Notes: a model not told the origin generated them from the sequence alone. A stretch of 64,000 bases of DNA from Octopus sinensis (GCF_006345805.1 NC_043014.1:30938001-31002000), one strand, 5' to 3'. Counted from the first letter of the stretch, positions 1 through 12,986 are shown. Numbers and translations are program-made.

Positions 1-334
1 TATATTATATACATTTGTGTATATATATATATATACATTTGTGTATATATATATATATACATTTGTGTATATATATATAGATATATACATTTGTGTATAT
101 ATATATATGTATGTATATATATATATACATTTGTGTATATATATATATATATGTATATATGTATATATATATGTATATATGTATATATATATGTATATAT
201 ATGTATATATATATATGTATGTATGTATGTGTATATATATGTATGTGTATATGTACGTATGTGTATATATATGTATGTTCTATATATATACATTTGTATG
301 TATATATATGTATGTATATATATATATACATTTG

Positions 335-381
<47 letters not shown>

Positions 382-450
382 GTGTATATATATGTATGTG
401 TATATGTACGTATGTGTATATATATGTATGTATATATATATATACATTTG

Positions 451-482
<32 letters not shown>

Positions 483-731
483 ATAATATATATATATATA
501 TTTATATACATATACATTTAAATAAATATATACATATATAACATACATATATATGTATAGATGCTTATATGTATACTAATGTGTTTATATATATGTGTGT
601 GTTTATGTGTGTGTGTATTTATTTATATGTGTGTGTGTGTGTGTGTGTATTTATATATATATATGTGTGTGTGTATTTATATATATATGTATGTGTGTAT
701 AAATATATATATATGTACATGTATGTGTATA
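1..731. repeat. Compound (TA)n/(TG)n microsatellite with higher-order repeated blocks
   Basis: TATATATATACATTTGTG recurs several times, and a ~65-bp block containing ATGTACGTATGTG occurs at ~213-278 and ~365-430. The ORFs here are YI/VC artefacts. Confidence 0.95.
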
Positions 732-733
732 TA

Positions 734-2281
734 CTGTAAAAAGCCATGTAATTTGCACTTGTGATTTTCAGGACAAAAATTGTTAAGAAAAGGTACTCAT
801 GTAAAATTCGCACCCAAAAGTTTTCAGAATTGCTGATATGGCGAGGGAGAAATGGTTTTCAATTTAGTTGTATTTAGCATAATTTCACTTACTTATGATT
901 AGATTTTTATAAGTTTTCATTAAATAAAAATAATTTCTGTTTAACAAGTATCACATTGAAAGCTGTTAAATTACGAAGTCTTTGTGTTGTTTATAATAAA
1001 ATTTGTTTTACATTTCTTCCCCACAAGAGATTATGTCCAATCTTTTGCATACTTCTGTACGTCTTCTTAAATCACCATCACAGGAAAAAATTGTTGATAA
1101 TTCTTATCAACTAAAACAAAGCTGATAAATATGCACAAGTGTTGCAAACTAAGTTTAATTACAAATAAACATCAGCTTGGATGACACTTTACTCAACTGA
1201 CAGAGGAAGGTAGCTGATCAAACTGATTATGTAAACAGAATTCTGATTGGTCAAAAGTGTCTTCTTGTCTCAAGCTCTGATTTTCTACCTATTCTTGTTG
1301 GAACCTTTGATACGGAATATCGAAATTTTAATCCCTTTCACACTTATAAAATGTCAAGCAAACTTTAAAATTTGTCATTACTGTTTTAGCCAGGAGACCA
1401 AACTGATAGTTTGGCAACCCATTAAAATAAACTTTAAAAATCGACAAGGAGAAAATAAACAGCTTTGCTAGCTTAACTTGGTGTTTATTGAGCAAAAGAG
1501 GTGCGAAATTTTAGAAGTGACTTGTTAGAATATACACATCTGTGAGGAGACATAAAAAAGAATAGTAAAAATCTACTATTCCAAAAAAACTGGTAATACA
1601 TACATTACAAGTGTTCTATGAAGTGAACATAAGATTGCTGCATAATTCGACATGAATGTGAAATGACATTAAACATTGTATAAGGTAAATGAAGGTTTCT
1701 GTAGGAACGCTAAGTCATATTCACTTAGTGAGTTTACATGCACAAGGATGAATTATGATGTTGTCGTTGTTGCCGTTAGATGCTGTAAGAGCTGATAATG
1801 GTGATACCGGCAATGAGGAATTTCATTGTGTCATAACATAGAGAAAGCTAGCGAATAGCTTCCTGGTGCAAATGCACGCTAGACTCCCCAAGCGTAGAAA
1901 AACTGATCTATTTAAGGAAATTGCTTGTCTCCTTTGTAATAGGAAGAAACTCCAAGCAATGTAAAATATGGCCCAGACTGTGATTACCAGCATGAAAGTC
2001 AAACTTCAAAAAGTAATTAACCATTTAATGATTTTAGTAAATTTATACAGAAAATGTAAGCATTATACCGTCCAGCATAAATAAAAGTCAACTGCATTAT
2101 ATTTTTTTCTGTAAAAACCTATTTTGACATTAAATGAGTCAACTTCCCGTACATCATTTACAACAAAAAAAGTTTCTAAAAAAATTCTGGAAACAATCTA
2201 CTCATGTAATTTATGCACCCCCCTTAAAGTTTATTTTTGTTTTTGTGGAAAAATTTGCGTAAATTACATGGGTTTTTATGG
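734..2281. mobile_element. Non-autonomous Tc1/mariner-superfamily (pogo-like) DNA transposon, ~1.55 kb
   Basis: 25-bp terminal inverted repeats: left CTGTAAAAAGCCATGTAATTTGCAC, right reverse complement CCATAAAAACCCATGTAATTTACGC (20/25; four of the five differences fit CpG decay). TA flanks both ends (732-733, 2282-2283). A subterminal direct repeat TACTCATGTAA..GCACCC lies at 794-815 and 2199-2220. Confidence 0.8.
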
Positions 2282-2445
2282 TACATATGTGTGTATATAT
2301 ACGTATGTGTGTGTGTGTATATATATATATATATTTGTATGTATGTATATATATATATATGCGTGTATATGTATATTTAGCTAAATGATAGAAACTTGAC
2401 TGAATATTCTGTATTTAAAATCACTACAATTGTTTCGACACTAAC

Positions 2446-2553
2446 CTTTACACCCATAGTACATTGGTTAAATATTGTGTAATCATTAACATGCATCCAC
2501 AATGTAAAATCCTTCTCTTCTGGTAATTGTTTGAACAAGACCTTCAGTAAATC
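2446..2553 (-). CDS. Candidate internal coding exon, unidentified gene (DLLKVLFKQLPEEKDFTLWMHVNDYTIFNQCTMGVK)
   Basis: 108-nt open frame ending in a good donor AAG|GTTAGT. The acceptor (GAATTGATGGTAG) has a poor pyrimidine tract. No homologue recognised. Confidence 0.3.
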
Positions 2554-2644
2554 CTACCATCAATTCACTCAGTGTGGGAATGCATAGACAAAGTGATGTG
2601 TCATTTCCAGTAGCTTACAGAAAAAAACTAAACTTACATATGTT

Positions 2645-2699
<55 letters not shown>

Positions 2700-2778
2700 G
2701 TTGCTCGACTAAAGGCGGTGCTCCAGCATGGCCGCAGTCAAATGACTGAAACAAGTAAAAGAGTAAAAGAGAGTAAAG
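2700..2778 (+). mobile_element. 3' fragment of octopus SINE family A, relatively young
   Basis: TTGCTCGACTAAAGGCGGTGCTCCAGCATGGCCGCAGTCAAATGACTGAAACAAGTAAAAGAGTAAAAGAG matches the 3' end of other copies in the window (reverse complement at 14668-14730), with CpGs intact. Confidence 0.85.
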
Positions 2779-2922
2779 AGTATATATACAAACCAAAGAC
2801 CTATACACACACATGTAAATACATACATACATGGCGTAGAAACATTGCCAGATCAAACTGGGCCTGGTGCAGCCTTCTGGAAAGCGGACGCTAAATGATG
2901 ATGATGTATGCATGCATATATA

Positions 2923-2969
<47 letters not shown>

Positions 2970-3693
2970 ATATGCATGTATGTATGTATTTACATGTGTA
3001 TGTATAGGTTTTTGGTTTGTGTTAGCTATCACAATGAAGGGTTTGCACAGTAATTGCCTACATTGGGCACTATTGTGTTTCTTGTGTTATTTATGTTGTA
3101 TTTACCAAGTTCCCTTTTAATTGTTGTTTCTCTGCTGTGTAGCTAATTTTTGTGATGTGCATGTTGCTGAGACGAGCTTTTCTCTGATTCATAGCATTTT
3201 AGAAGTGGATTGTCTAAGATCCCATGTAAAATGTACATATATGCTTTCTAGAATATAAAAAAATTCTAATGGTGAAACTCTCATTAAGTTTCTTCAAGTT
3301 TTTTGGAGGACAATTGCGTAATGGTAGGCATTATATTCTGAACTGTTGCTGTGTAGGATTTGCAAGAGTGCAAAGTGCAGAAATGGGAAATTGAGCATAG
3401 CAACAGACTAAAGCTTTCGCTTCAAATAAATTAGCACACACACTTATGCACATAGAATGTGTGGAAAGATGCACAAGGGATCTTACTTATGGAAAGTATA
3501 ATTATGGAATGGTGCAGTGATCTGATAAATATATACTCTAATCTACAGGTAGCACAGTTCTGAAATTATGGTCAATTGAAGAACCTACTCAGCCAAATTT
3601 GAATGGTCTTTTAATTTCTTTCATTCTTTGCCATATGCTTCCACTGTTACTACACTGTACCATTCACTACAATTCTGAGTATCTGTTTATTAA

Positions 3694-3914
3694 CCCGTTC
3701 ATTATCATATTCCTACCCCAAATACACTGTATTTGTTTCAGATAATTTTGGAAATGATGAATTTTGTAAAATAACTTTCCTCTCATTAAGCTGGTGTTTC
3801 GAACATAAATTAACATGAAATTTTGTTGAAAGGTTTTAAATTTAGATCGCTTTAAGACAGGACATTCGCATCATTGAACTGTGGGCAGTCTCAGGCAGTT
3901 TGGTATCGAAAGTG
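3694..3914. mobile_element. TTAA-flanked piggyBac-type MITE, family 2
   Basis: TTAA|CCCGTTCATTATC ... GGTATCGAAAGTG|TTAA; internally similar to 23544-23758. Confidence 0.7.
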
Positions 3915-4309
3915 TTAAAGATATATTCCAGTTATATACTGGGGTAAATCAACTAGCTGGATGTCACCTAGCTTGCTCCTTCCCCTCTCATTCTTGGCAT
4001 TGTGCCAAATCAATAAATCAGTATTTTAATCTCTGATGAGGGAGGAGACTGAAATCTCTTCAATAATAGCCTCTCTCATCACACCCCAAAACAATAATAC
4101 AATGTTATGTATTAATTAGCATATGTTGGGGAAATAGAAAATGTGTGTGTGTGTGCGTGTGTGCGTGTGTGTGCTGCACGTCTGTGATTTGCTTCATTTC
4201 ATTAACTATTAATGAATTTCAAAAAAAAAACATCTAATAACAAAACAAAAAAATAAACACTATTCATCTCTTCTTCTTTCACTTCTGTCTGCCTTAATAC
4301 TCTCTATAT

Positions 4310-4317
4310 TTATATAG

Positions 4318-4356
<39 letters not shown>

Positions 4357-4361
4357 GTCCT

Positions 4362-4393
<32 letters not shown>

Positions 4394-4401
4394 TCTGTCC
4401 T

Positions 4402-4433
<32 letters not shown>

Positions 4434-4470
4434 TCTGTCCTTCTGTCTGTCTGTCTATCCATCTATCTAT
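4310..4470. repeat. (TCTA)n/(TCTG)n array with a ~36-bp higher-order unit x3
   Basis: ATCTATCTGTCCTTCTGTCTGTCTGTCT repeated three times. Confidence 0.9.
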
Positions 4471-4729
4471 CTATCTAGATCTCCTTATCTGATTATATCT
4501 TATCCCTCTCTATGTTGTCTCTGTCTTTCTCTGTATCATCTGTCTGTCTATTTCTTTAAGTGTTTATGTATCTATCACTATTTTCTTCATATCTCTCTTT
4601 CTCCCAATCTGTCTGTCCATAGAAACTATATGACCATGCATACACACGCACAATGTGTGTGTGTCTCTATGATTATGTATGTATTTGTGTATATGTAAAT
4701 ATGTGTGTATGTGTGTGTATATGTATGTA

Positions 4730-4810
<81 letters not shown>

Positions 4811-4864
4811 CATTATGCTAAAGGTAGAATGGAAATATCCCTAAGCTGGCTGTCTGGAACTTAC

Positions 4865-5123
4865 CTTTCCTTCTTTCTTTTCTTCCATCTGTCTTTTCCT
4901 CTTTTTTTTTCTGTCTTGCTTCACTTTTTGGGAAAAAAAATGTGAAGATAGACAGAAATGATGATGTTGATAGTGATGGTGATATGTTGTTGGTTGTGGG
5001 AGTGATGTTTGTGGTAGTAGGTGTGATATTGGTGGTTGTGGGAGTGACGTTGGCGGTTGTGGGAGGAAGGTTGATGGTTGTGGTGTGTTGTTGATGGTGT
5101 CTATTGTTTTTCGAGGATTGTGG
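4865..5123 (-). CDS. Candidate coding exon: Thr/Pro-rich mucin-like repeats followed by a Lys/Glu/Arg-rich tract
   Basis: 259-nt open frame ending in a consensus donor AAG|GTAAGT at 4865. Four 21-bp units encode INLPPTT/ANVTPTT/TNITPTT/TNITPTT. The acceptor CCAG at 5124-5127 is weak (CA-rich). Confidence 0.4.
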
Positions 5124-5182
5124 CTGGTGTGTGTATATGTGCACATATACACACACCAGCCATATATATATATATATATATA

Positions 5183-5213
<31 letters not shown>

Positions 5214-5218
5214 TATAC

Positions 5219-5263
<45 letters not shown>

Positions 5264-5884
5264 TATACATATATATATGAATATGTATTTGTGGTGGAGA
5301 CTCGATGTGCATCTTTGTATATACTTATTTTTGTGTGTATGTATAGGTGTTTCCCTGCGTGTAATTTTCTCTGCATATTGATATATATGTGTGTGTGTGT
5401 ATGTGCGCCTGTCTAGGTATGCATAGATAGCACTAGGTTTATTTATATATGTAGTTACATATCCTTCTCTGTACATACATACATATGCATGCATGTGTGT
5501 ATGTGTATATACATATGACTATATGCATTTATTGTTGTTTATTTGTGTTTGCATGCATGCATGTATCTGTGTATGTGTGTGTGTGTGTGTGTGTGTATGC
5601 TTGCAATGTTCCCAGTTACCGGTACTTCCTGTCTTGCTCCCATATATAATGTATGTTGTCTGGTGTATCTGTAATATATGTGTGAGGTATGATGTAATAT
5701 ATATGTAGAGAGGTACATAATGTATCTGTGAGAGGCACTGCTGCCACCATGTAATAAATTCAACTCATGTGATGTCATGTGATGTAATGTTTGGCCTGTA
5801 CGCAGCAGCCTTGCTGCCTCTTATCCACTTGTCTGCATCAATGTCTTCTTTTGCTGTTTCCTCCTCCTCCTCCTATCTCCCCAC

Positions 5885-5928
5885 TACACAGCTGCAGTTT
5901 TGCTGTCTATCTATCCATCTATCTATCC

Positions 5929-6012
<84 letters not shown>

Positions 6013-6045
6013 CTCTGTCTGTCTATCTGTCCGTCTAACTATCTG

Positions 6046-6084
<39 letters not shown>

Positions 6085-6800
6085 CTCTGTCTGTCTGTCT
6101 GTCTGTCTATCTGTCTGTCTATCTGTCCGTCTAACTGTCTGTCTGTCTGTCTATCTGTCCGTCTAACTGTCTGTCTGTCTGTCTATCTGTCCATCTATCT
6201 ATCTATCTATATATCTATCTGTTTCTGTCTTTCTATCTGTCTATGTATGTATGTATGTATGTATGTATGTATCTATCTATCTATCTATCTATCTAACTGT
6301 TTGTCTGCCTATCAATCTGACTGTTTATCTATCACTCTTTCCATCCATGTCTGTTCATATGTCTGTCTGTTTGACTATTCGTATGTCTGTCTATCTCTCT
6401 CTTTCTGTCCGTCTGTCCGTCTCTATCTGTCTCTGTCTCACTTTCTCTTTCTTGGTATCTGTTTGTCTGTGCCTGTCTAGCTATCTGTTTATATTTGTTT
6501 GTCTATCGACCTGTTTGTTTGTCTGTTTGTCTGTCTGTCTGTCTATCTCTGTCTGCTTGTTTGTTTGTTTGTCTATCTAGCTGTCTATCTATTGTTTCTC
6601 AGTTTTTCTGTCTATCTTCCTGTTTGTCTATCTCATTGTCCTATCTCCCTGATTGTCTATCCATCTATCTGTATGTCTTTCTCTATTTGACCATCTTGCC
6701 ATCCATATATCTATCCATCTCTGTAATGTTGCCTGTCCATTGATATTTGTCTGTCTGTCCAGCAATTAATATCTATCTATCTGTCTATCCATACATATAT
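5885..6800. repeat. Long compound (TCTA)n/(TCTG)n/(TGTA)n tetranucleotide array
   Basis: Direct inspection; CTGTCCGTCTAACT recurs at ~6027, 6123 and 6156. The LSIY/VCLS ORFs are artefacts. Confidence 0.95.
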
Positions 6801-6877
6801 TTACCTATCTTGCCATTAACATATCTTTCCATTTATTTATTTTTTCAGTACTTACACCCCCCCCACACACACACGCA

Positions 6878-7255
6878 GGTATAGCCATATGGTTTTGGTT
6901 TCAGTCCCATTGTGTAGTACCTTGGGCAAGTGTCTTTTACTATAGCTTTTAACTAAGTATTGTGAGTGGGTTCTGTAAATGGAAACTAACAGAAGCTCAT
7001 ATGTATGTATGTGTGTGTGTGCATGCATGTTTGTATCTCTTTGCTTTGTCTTGACACCTTGCATTAGTAGCAAACAATGCATGCAGTGCTGTTTATTTTC
7101 AATCTTCCATGAAAACATGTCCAGTCTTGTGGAAACATTACCTTGCGTAGAAACAAGTGGAGGTTGGCATCAGGATGGCCATCCAACCATATGAAATCTG
7201 CCTTAACAAATTCTATGCAAGAATCGAGAAGTGAACATTAAATGATGATGATGAG
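6878..7255 (+). mobile_element. SINE family A variant: tRNA/CORE-like head, alternative body, RTE-type (GAT)n tail
   Basis: Head GGTTTCAGTCCCATTGTGTAGTACCTTGGGCAAGTGTC; tail GGTTGGCATCAGGATGGCCATCC...ATTAAATGATGATGATGA. Confidence 0.75.
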
Positions 7256-7280
7256 ATGTGTGTGTATATATAGAGAGAGA

Positions 7281-7690
7281 TCTTTTACTTATTTCAGTCA
7301 CTTCAATGTGGCCTTTCTGGGGCACTGTGTTGAAGGGTTTAGTTGAGCAAACTGCCTCTGCTACTTATTTTACCTTTTTTTTTTAAGTGTGGTACTTATT
7401 CTGTTCATCTCTTTAGCCAAACTACTAAGTTACATGAGATGTAAACAAGCCAACATTGGTCGAGTTATGGTGGAGGGGGAGACAAACGCAAAGCACACAC
7501 GCGCACACACACAAACACACACACGCACACACACAAGGCTTCCACACAGTTTCCACATATCAAATTCACTCATAAGGCTTTTGATGTCCTGGGCTTATTG
7601 CAGAAGACACTTGTCCAAGATGAGATGTGGGATTGAACCTGAAATCATGTGGTTGCAATGTGAGCTTCTTAGTCACAAAGCCAATACCTG
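7281..7690 (-). mobile_element. SINE family A (tRNA-derived, CORE-like; octopus OR-type), near full length
   Basis: Collinear with 14668-14998 and 55995-56392. The CTTGGRCAAGTGTCTTC motif resembles the CORE domain. The family name is assigned from memory, not by search. Confidence 0.8.
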
Positions 7691-8524
7691 TTTGTCCTGT
7701 TCCACTACCTACCAGTCTATATATGTATCAATAGTTTTATCCATTTTTCAGTCTGCCGCTTTCTTTTTTACATTTATGCCATTTTTCTGGTGTCCATTCA
7801 TCTGCCAGTATTTCTCTCCAATTTTCTCTATCCACCTTCTCTCTCTCTCTCTCTCTCTGTGCATATATATGTATGTATTTCTAACTATCTTCTTCTTTCA
7901 CATATATCTGGCAGTCTCTTGCTATGTCTGACAATCTCCTGTTTGTCTCATTTTCTGTATGCATCTATCTGTCTTTCTCTACCATATACTTTCCATATCT
8001 CTCTGTCTGGTGATGTTGATAAAAAAGAAAATTCTTCGAAAAAAAGATAAATTCATCAAGTCTTCATTTACCTGCTCACCATATACAGACTACATGTTAC
8101 ATGTTTGTTCTTTCTGCATTTTGTATTGGTACCTTGACAGATTTTATCCCCTAAAAATGGCAACTCTAATCCATCCATCTGAAATTTCTACCTTTCAAAC
8201 TTAAAACACTCTCTGTCTCACCTCACTTTCTTACCTTGTTCTAATCAAGTTAACCTTTCCACAGGGTCTGTTTCTAGAATTCACTAACTTTCATCAATTA
8301 CAAACCTGCAAATACCCACAGTTATTATTAACCACATTATTTTTACTCAGTCAGTGTTTTCACACTCTAGCAGAATATGATGGAAGTGCTTGAGATCAGC
8401 CCTATTCTTTTGTCTTTAGATATACATATTGAAGAAAAAAAAAGAAAGAAAAATCATCTGGTCCAGTCAGACAGAATACCTAAATTTCAGGCTTTGTGCC
8501 AATGTTAGAAACAATTATTTTTCA

Positions 8525-8925
8525 GTGAGTCGGCAGAATTGTTAATGTGCTGGATGAAATTCTTAGCGGTATTTCACCCATTGCTACATTTTGAGTTCAA
8601 ATTCTGCTGAGGTTGACTTTGCCTTTCATCCTTTTGGGGTCCATGAATTGAGTACCAGTGAAACACTGAGGTCAATTGTAATCAGCTAGTCTTCTCCTCC
8701 CAAATTTCAAGCCTTGTGCCTTTAACAGAAAGGATTATTTCTAACATACAGGTGGCAAGCTGGCAGAATCATCCTCAGTACTCACCTGGTACTTATTTTA
8801 TTGACTATCAAAAGATGAAAGGCAAAGTTGACCTCAGTGGTATTTAAACTGAGAGTGTAGAGAGCTGAAAGAAATGCTTCCAAGCATTTTGACCAATGCT
8901 TTCATAATTCTGCCATCTTGTTACC
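8525..8925. mobile_element. Two adjacent, oppositely oriented SINE family B copies (Meta/MESC-like central domain)
   Basis: Plus copy with GAGTTCAAATTC (B-box-like) and GTTGACTTTGCCTTTCATCCTTTTGGGGTC; minus copy with GATGAAAGGCAAAGTTGACCTC. Confidence 0.8.
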
Positions 8926-10220
8926 TTAATAACAATAAGAATAATTTCATCATTTTTATTTACCACAAGGTCCCATTCGTTCCTACAATATGTTAGAAAT
9001 ATGGTTTACTTGGCATGTGATGATGTACAATCATAAAAGAGAATGAGAAATTAGTAAAAACATTATATATTGAAACACTGTAAAAAATTGTTGATATAAA
9101 TGCTAACTACACAAAATAGATATCTACAAATAAAGGTACTCCAATCATGCACAGAAGAACTGCATCCAAAGTTAAATCAAAACTCTCCATGATTCTAATT
9201 ACACTCCACCTTCATACATTTTTCACCTAAGTACTGAAAATTTGAGCAACTTGAGTGTTGGAGTGGGTAAGCAGGGGCTCATGCTCCCATGGTGGTTCAG
9301 CTGTCACACTTTGTAATGGTGTAAGTTGATGCTCATATGTACATATGTATCTTTCCATCTGAGTCCATTTTTTGCCAATCTGCACTTTTTGTTAATTGCT
9401 CTTGCAATTTGTTTAAATTTTTTCCCCGCTGGTTGGTCATTATTCAAAGTTTTGTGGACTTCATAACTACCGAGGTGATGTGTCCTTCTTTGTACATTCT
9501 GCTTACTTTTTGTTTGACTTCGTTTATTTTCTCAAGTTTAACACTCCAGTTCATTCTTTATGCTTTCTTCATTGTTGCAAGATGATAGAGTGCTACTATT
9601 TGTTGTAGTTGGGTGGAGGATACCTGATTATTGGCTTCTAGCACTTGGATGATGCATGTGTGTCTTGCAGTTAGTTACTGTTGTAGCTTGTGTGAGTGGG
9701 TGTGTGTTAATTTTTTTTTAATGTTTTTGCTTTTCCAGCTCCTAATTGGGCAGAAAACCCCTAAAGTGGCTCTTACTGCTAATGGTATAACACGTGATCT
9801 TTCTGCCCCACACCACCAGTGTTATCACATTTTTATATGTAGCCACAATTAGATACAGTTTAGGAATGTTCTGAGATCTTTGGAGGTCATCAGGGTTTGT
9901 ATGTCCATGTTGAATGCAGATCCCACCCAACCACATGTTACTCAATGTTGCCCTAGTGCTTACTACCTGCTGGTTCTGTACTACAACAATTATGATAATG
10001 GGCCAATGTTCAGCATTATCACCAGTGTGTCTTGATGTGACTCATGATATATCATTTCATGCATTATGACACTAGCCTGTGAGTAGTTATGCAATTCACA
10101 AGCTTTGCCTGTTCTCTTGCTTCATCCTCAATTTTCAAAGAATATGCACACAGTTCCTAAGCTCTGCTCCAGTTGATAGAACTGCAACATTTCACACATT
10201 GGTCAGGGTGTTTTTCTTAA

Positions 10221-10410
10221 CCTTTTAGCATTCAGATTACTCTGTCAAATGTAATGTATATTTAATCACATTGTCTTAAATTAATCATGCATTATCTTGG
10301 AGACTTGAGATGTCTCCAAAATGACATTGTAGGGTTGGTGTGAAAAGCCATGTCTGGCTGGTTTGAACATAAAATAGGTAGAATATTTGACCTGTTTGAA
10401 TGCTAAATGG
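10221..10410. mobile_element. TTAA-flanked piggyBac-type MITE, family 1
   Basis: TTAA|CCTTTTAGCATTCAG ... GAATGCTAAATGG|TTAA. Confidence 0.85.
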
Positions 10411-11959
10411 TTAAATATCCTGTTGTGTCTAGAGAGAGTCATTACACCAATAGTAGGTTAACTGTTCCTTTGATAGTGTATTAAAAGCGCCTCTGTTTTT
10501 GTTGAGGCTGAAGTATATCATTTTCCTCATTACTCTTTTTTCAATGAAATCATCAGACAAAGAAGCAGAACTGTTTGTAAAAAAAACCTGTCCCGTGTAT
10601 TCCTTAAGGAGGGCTAACTCATAGTATTTCTCTCCGTCTCGTAACACTAGCAAAGCTGTTGTTGTTATTGCTTTTATTGTTAAAATTTTTCTATTTGTGT
10701 GTGTTGCAGTACAAAGGAGTATATTAATGTATGCATTCCTTTGCAATTGTCATACTTATTAAGGTATTAATGTCTCTGTTTGTAATTATGTATTAGGGTT
10801 AAGGTTAGTTTGTTTAATTGTCATATTTTTTGTTTCTTATTTTCATTTTATTTTTTAAAATAGTCTGTTTTTGATTTCATAGTTTTTTAAAATTTCCTCA
10901 AAATTCATGGGAATGTATATGCTACTACTACCTTTGCAGAGAAAGAAGCCATATTATGTCACATTATGTCTGCCTATAAAGTATAGTAAAAAAAATGTCA
11001 AGGACCTACCCTATTTTACTCTCTCAGGGTAAATAAAGTGGACAGTGATATGTTCCAGAGTTGTTGGTAAAATAATCCAAAGAAAAAGAAAATTTTTCAC
11101 TCAGTGAAATTTGGTAATGATCTAAATCCATTAGAGTGAGTCTAAAGACACCTGCAAGATATAGCAGCTAAATTCTTGACATCTAGTGATAGTCTTAAAC
11201 AGGTGTCACAGTCATGCAAGGTGTGTTCTCTGTTTCCAGTCTTCTGTGAAAATATGTTTGGTTATGGAGAAATATTAGCTTACTTGGAAATAAAATGGAT
11301 GGAGGTTGGCAACAGGCAGGACATCCAGTTGTAGAAAATTCACCTCAACAAATTCCATCCAACCCTTGCAAGCATTGAAAAGTGGACGTTGATGATGTTA
11401 CACACTCGTGTGTGTGTGTGTGTGGTGTGTGTGTGTGTGTGGAGGGCACAGGCATGGTTATGTGTTTAAGCAGTTGGCTTCAACTTCATGTGGTTTTGGG
11501 TTCAGTCCCACTGCACTGTACCTTGGTGTTTTCTACTATAGGTTCATTTGTCCAAATCCTAGTGAGTGAATTTGGTAGATGTAAACTGAAAGGAGCTCCT
11601 CGTGTGTGTGTGTGTGATACATTTGTACTGTATGATAATCACAAAGTTATGAATGATGTCACATCTCTTGTCAACATCATCTGTTTCCTTTGTGTTTTCA
11701 ATGACATAGGAAATAAAAGATCTCATGCTTGAAAAACGGGTAAGGGTTAACCATAGGAAGGACTTCCAGCTGTAAAACAAAGCTTTGATAATAGTATTGA
11801 CATCAAGAAGGGCATCTGACCATAAATTACTGCCTCAAAAATATACTAGCCAACCCATACTAATATTAAAAAAAAAAAAACAGTTTAAAAAAACCCATCA
11901 TGATGATAATGATGATGAAGGTAAAATGTTGAAATATGTATATGTTCCAAAGCACTCAC

Positions 11960-12024
11960 CTCAGGTAAAATGGAGTACCTGACAAAATTTTTAATGTCCT
12001 TTAACACTGACAAATGCCTTCTTG
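11960..12024 (-). CDS. Candidate internal coding exon (xRRHLSVLKDIKNFVRYSILPE); alternative acceptor at 12045
   Basis: Consensus donor GAG|GTGAGT and acceptor ATTTCATTTGTAATTTCATAG; open frame, phase 1 to 0. No homologue recognised. Confidence 0.4.
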
Positions 12025-12806
12025 CTATGAAATTACAAATGAAATCTAGGAGTGCAGACATCCAGTCATACCAATTTTACTATTCTTACGTTTCACAAAC
12101 AAGTCAGTGGAGAAAGCCTCTATGCAAATGTTTGACCTGCTAGAATAGCTGCCAAATTTCCCTGAAATCACACCCTATACATCTTGAAAAGAAAAGATGT
12201 GTAGTTTTTTGTAATCTTGTGTGGCTGGAAATCCTTTTAGAGCAAAGGTCTGCTTGATCAGCAACAACAACAACAGTTGCTTTTCCTAAAATTTACTTGA
12301 GGGTAGCACCCTAACTTCTTTAGTGAGTAAGATTTTTAACATTGGCACAAGACCACATATTTTGGGGGAAGAAAATAGTTGATTAAGTGAACCCCAATGT
12401 ATAATTTAATTTGTTGGACACTTAATTCAAAACAACGTGAATATATAAGTACTACATTTTGACAGAGTAATTTGAATGCTAAAGGATTAAATATATTGCA
12501 AAGCATTTTGTTCAGTGCTCTACTGGTTTAACCTTCCCGCCAATTCATTGAGGTTTTCCAACACTGGTGTTTGAAAAAAAAAACAAAGCAATTAAATATT
12601 GCAAGGTGTTTTACTAAGTGATTAACAGATTCAGGTGTAGGAGGAAGGTACCAGCCATTTTTTACTTGGGGTTATAAATAACTGCATTTCGTATCAATTA
12701 TCTTTTACGTGTTTCAGTCATTTTGATGGTGGCCATGCTGGGACACTGCCTTGGAAAGTTTTAGTCAAACAAACCAGCCTCAGGACTTACTTTTTTAAGC
12801 CTAGTA

Positions 12807-12986
12807 TTAGTCATGGGTCACGTGTGGGCAGTAGATAGAGAGGAAGGAGCATGAGAGAGAGGAGAGAGAGAGAACAGGGAAAGAATGAAGAGAGAAAGTC
12901 TACAATTATGAGTGAGAGGATGAGAGAGAAGAGAGTAAATTGGGATACTAGGAAAGGAATATGAAGACAAGAGAGAAAGAAGATAG
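12807..12986. repeat. GA-rich ~180-bp direct repeat, copy 1
   Basis: Begins TTAGTCATGGGTCAC and is collinear with 13436-13622. Confidence 0.85.

Noticed and set aside
8235-8305. Minus-strand segment with TTGCAG acceptor and AAG|GTAAGA donor
   Set aside because: All three frames contain stops. It could only be a non-coding exon, and nothing else supports it.
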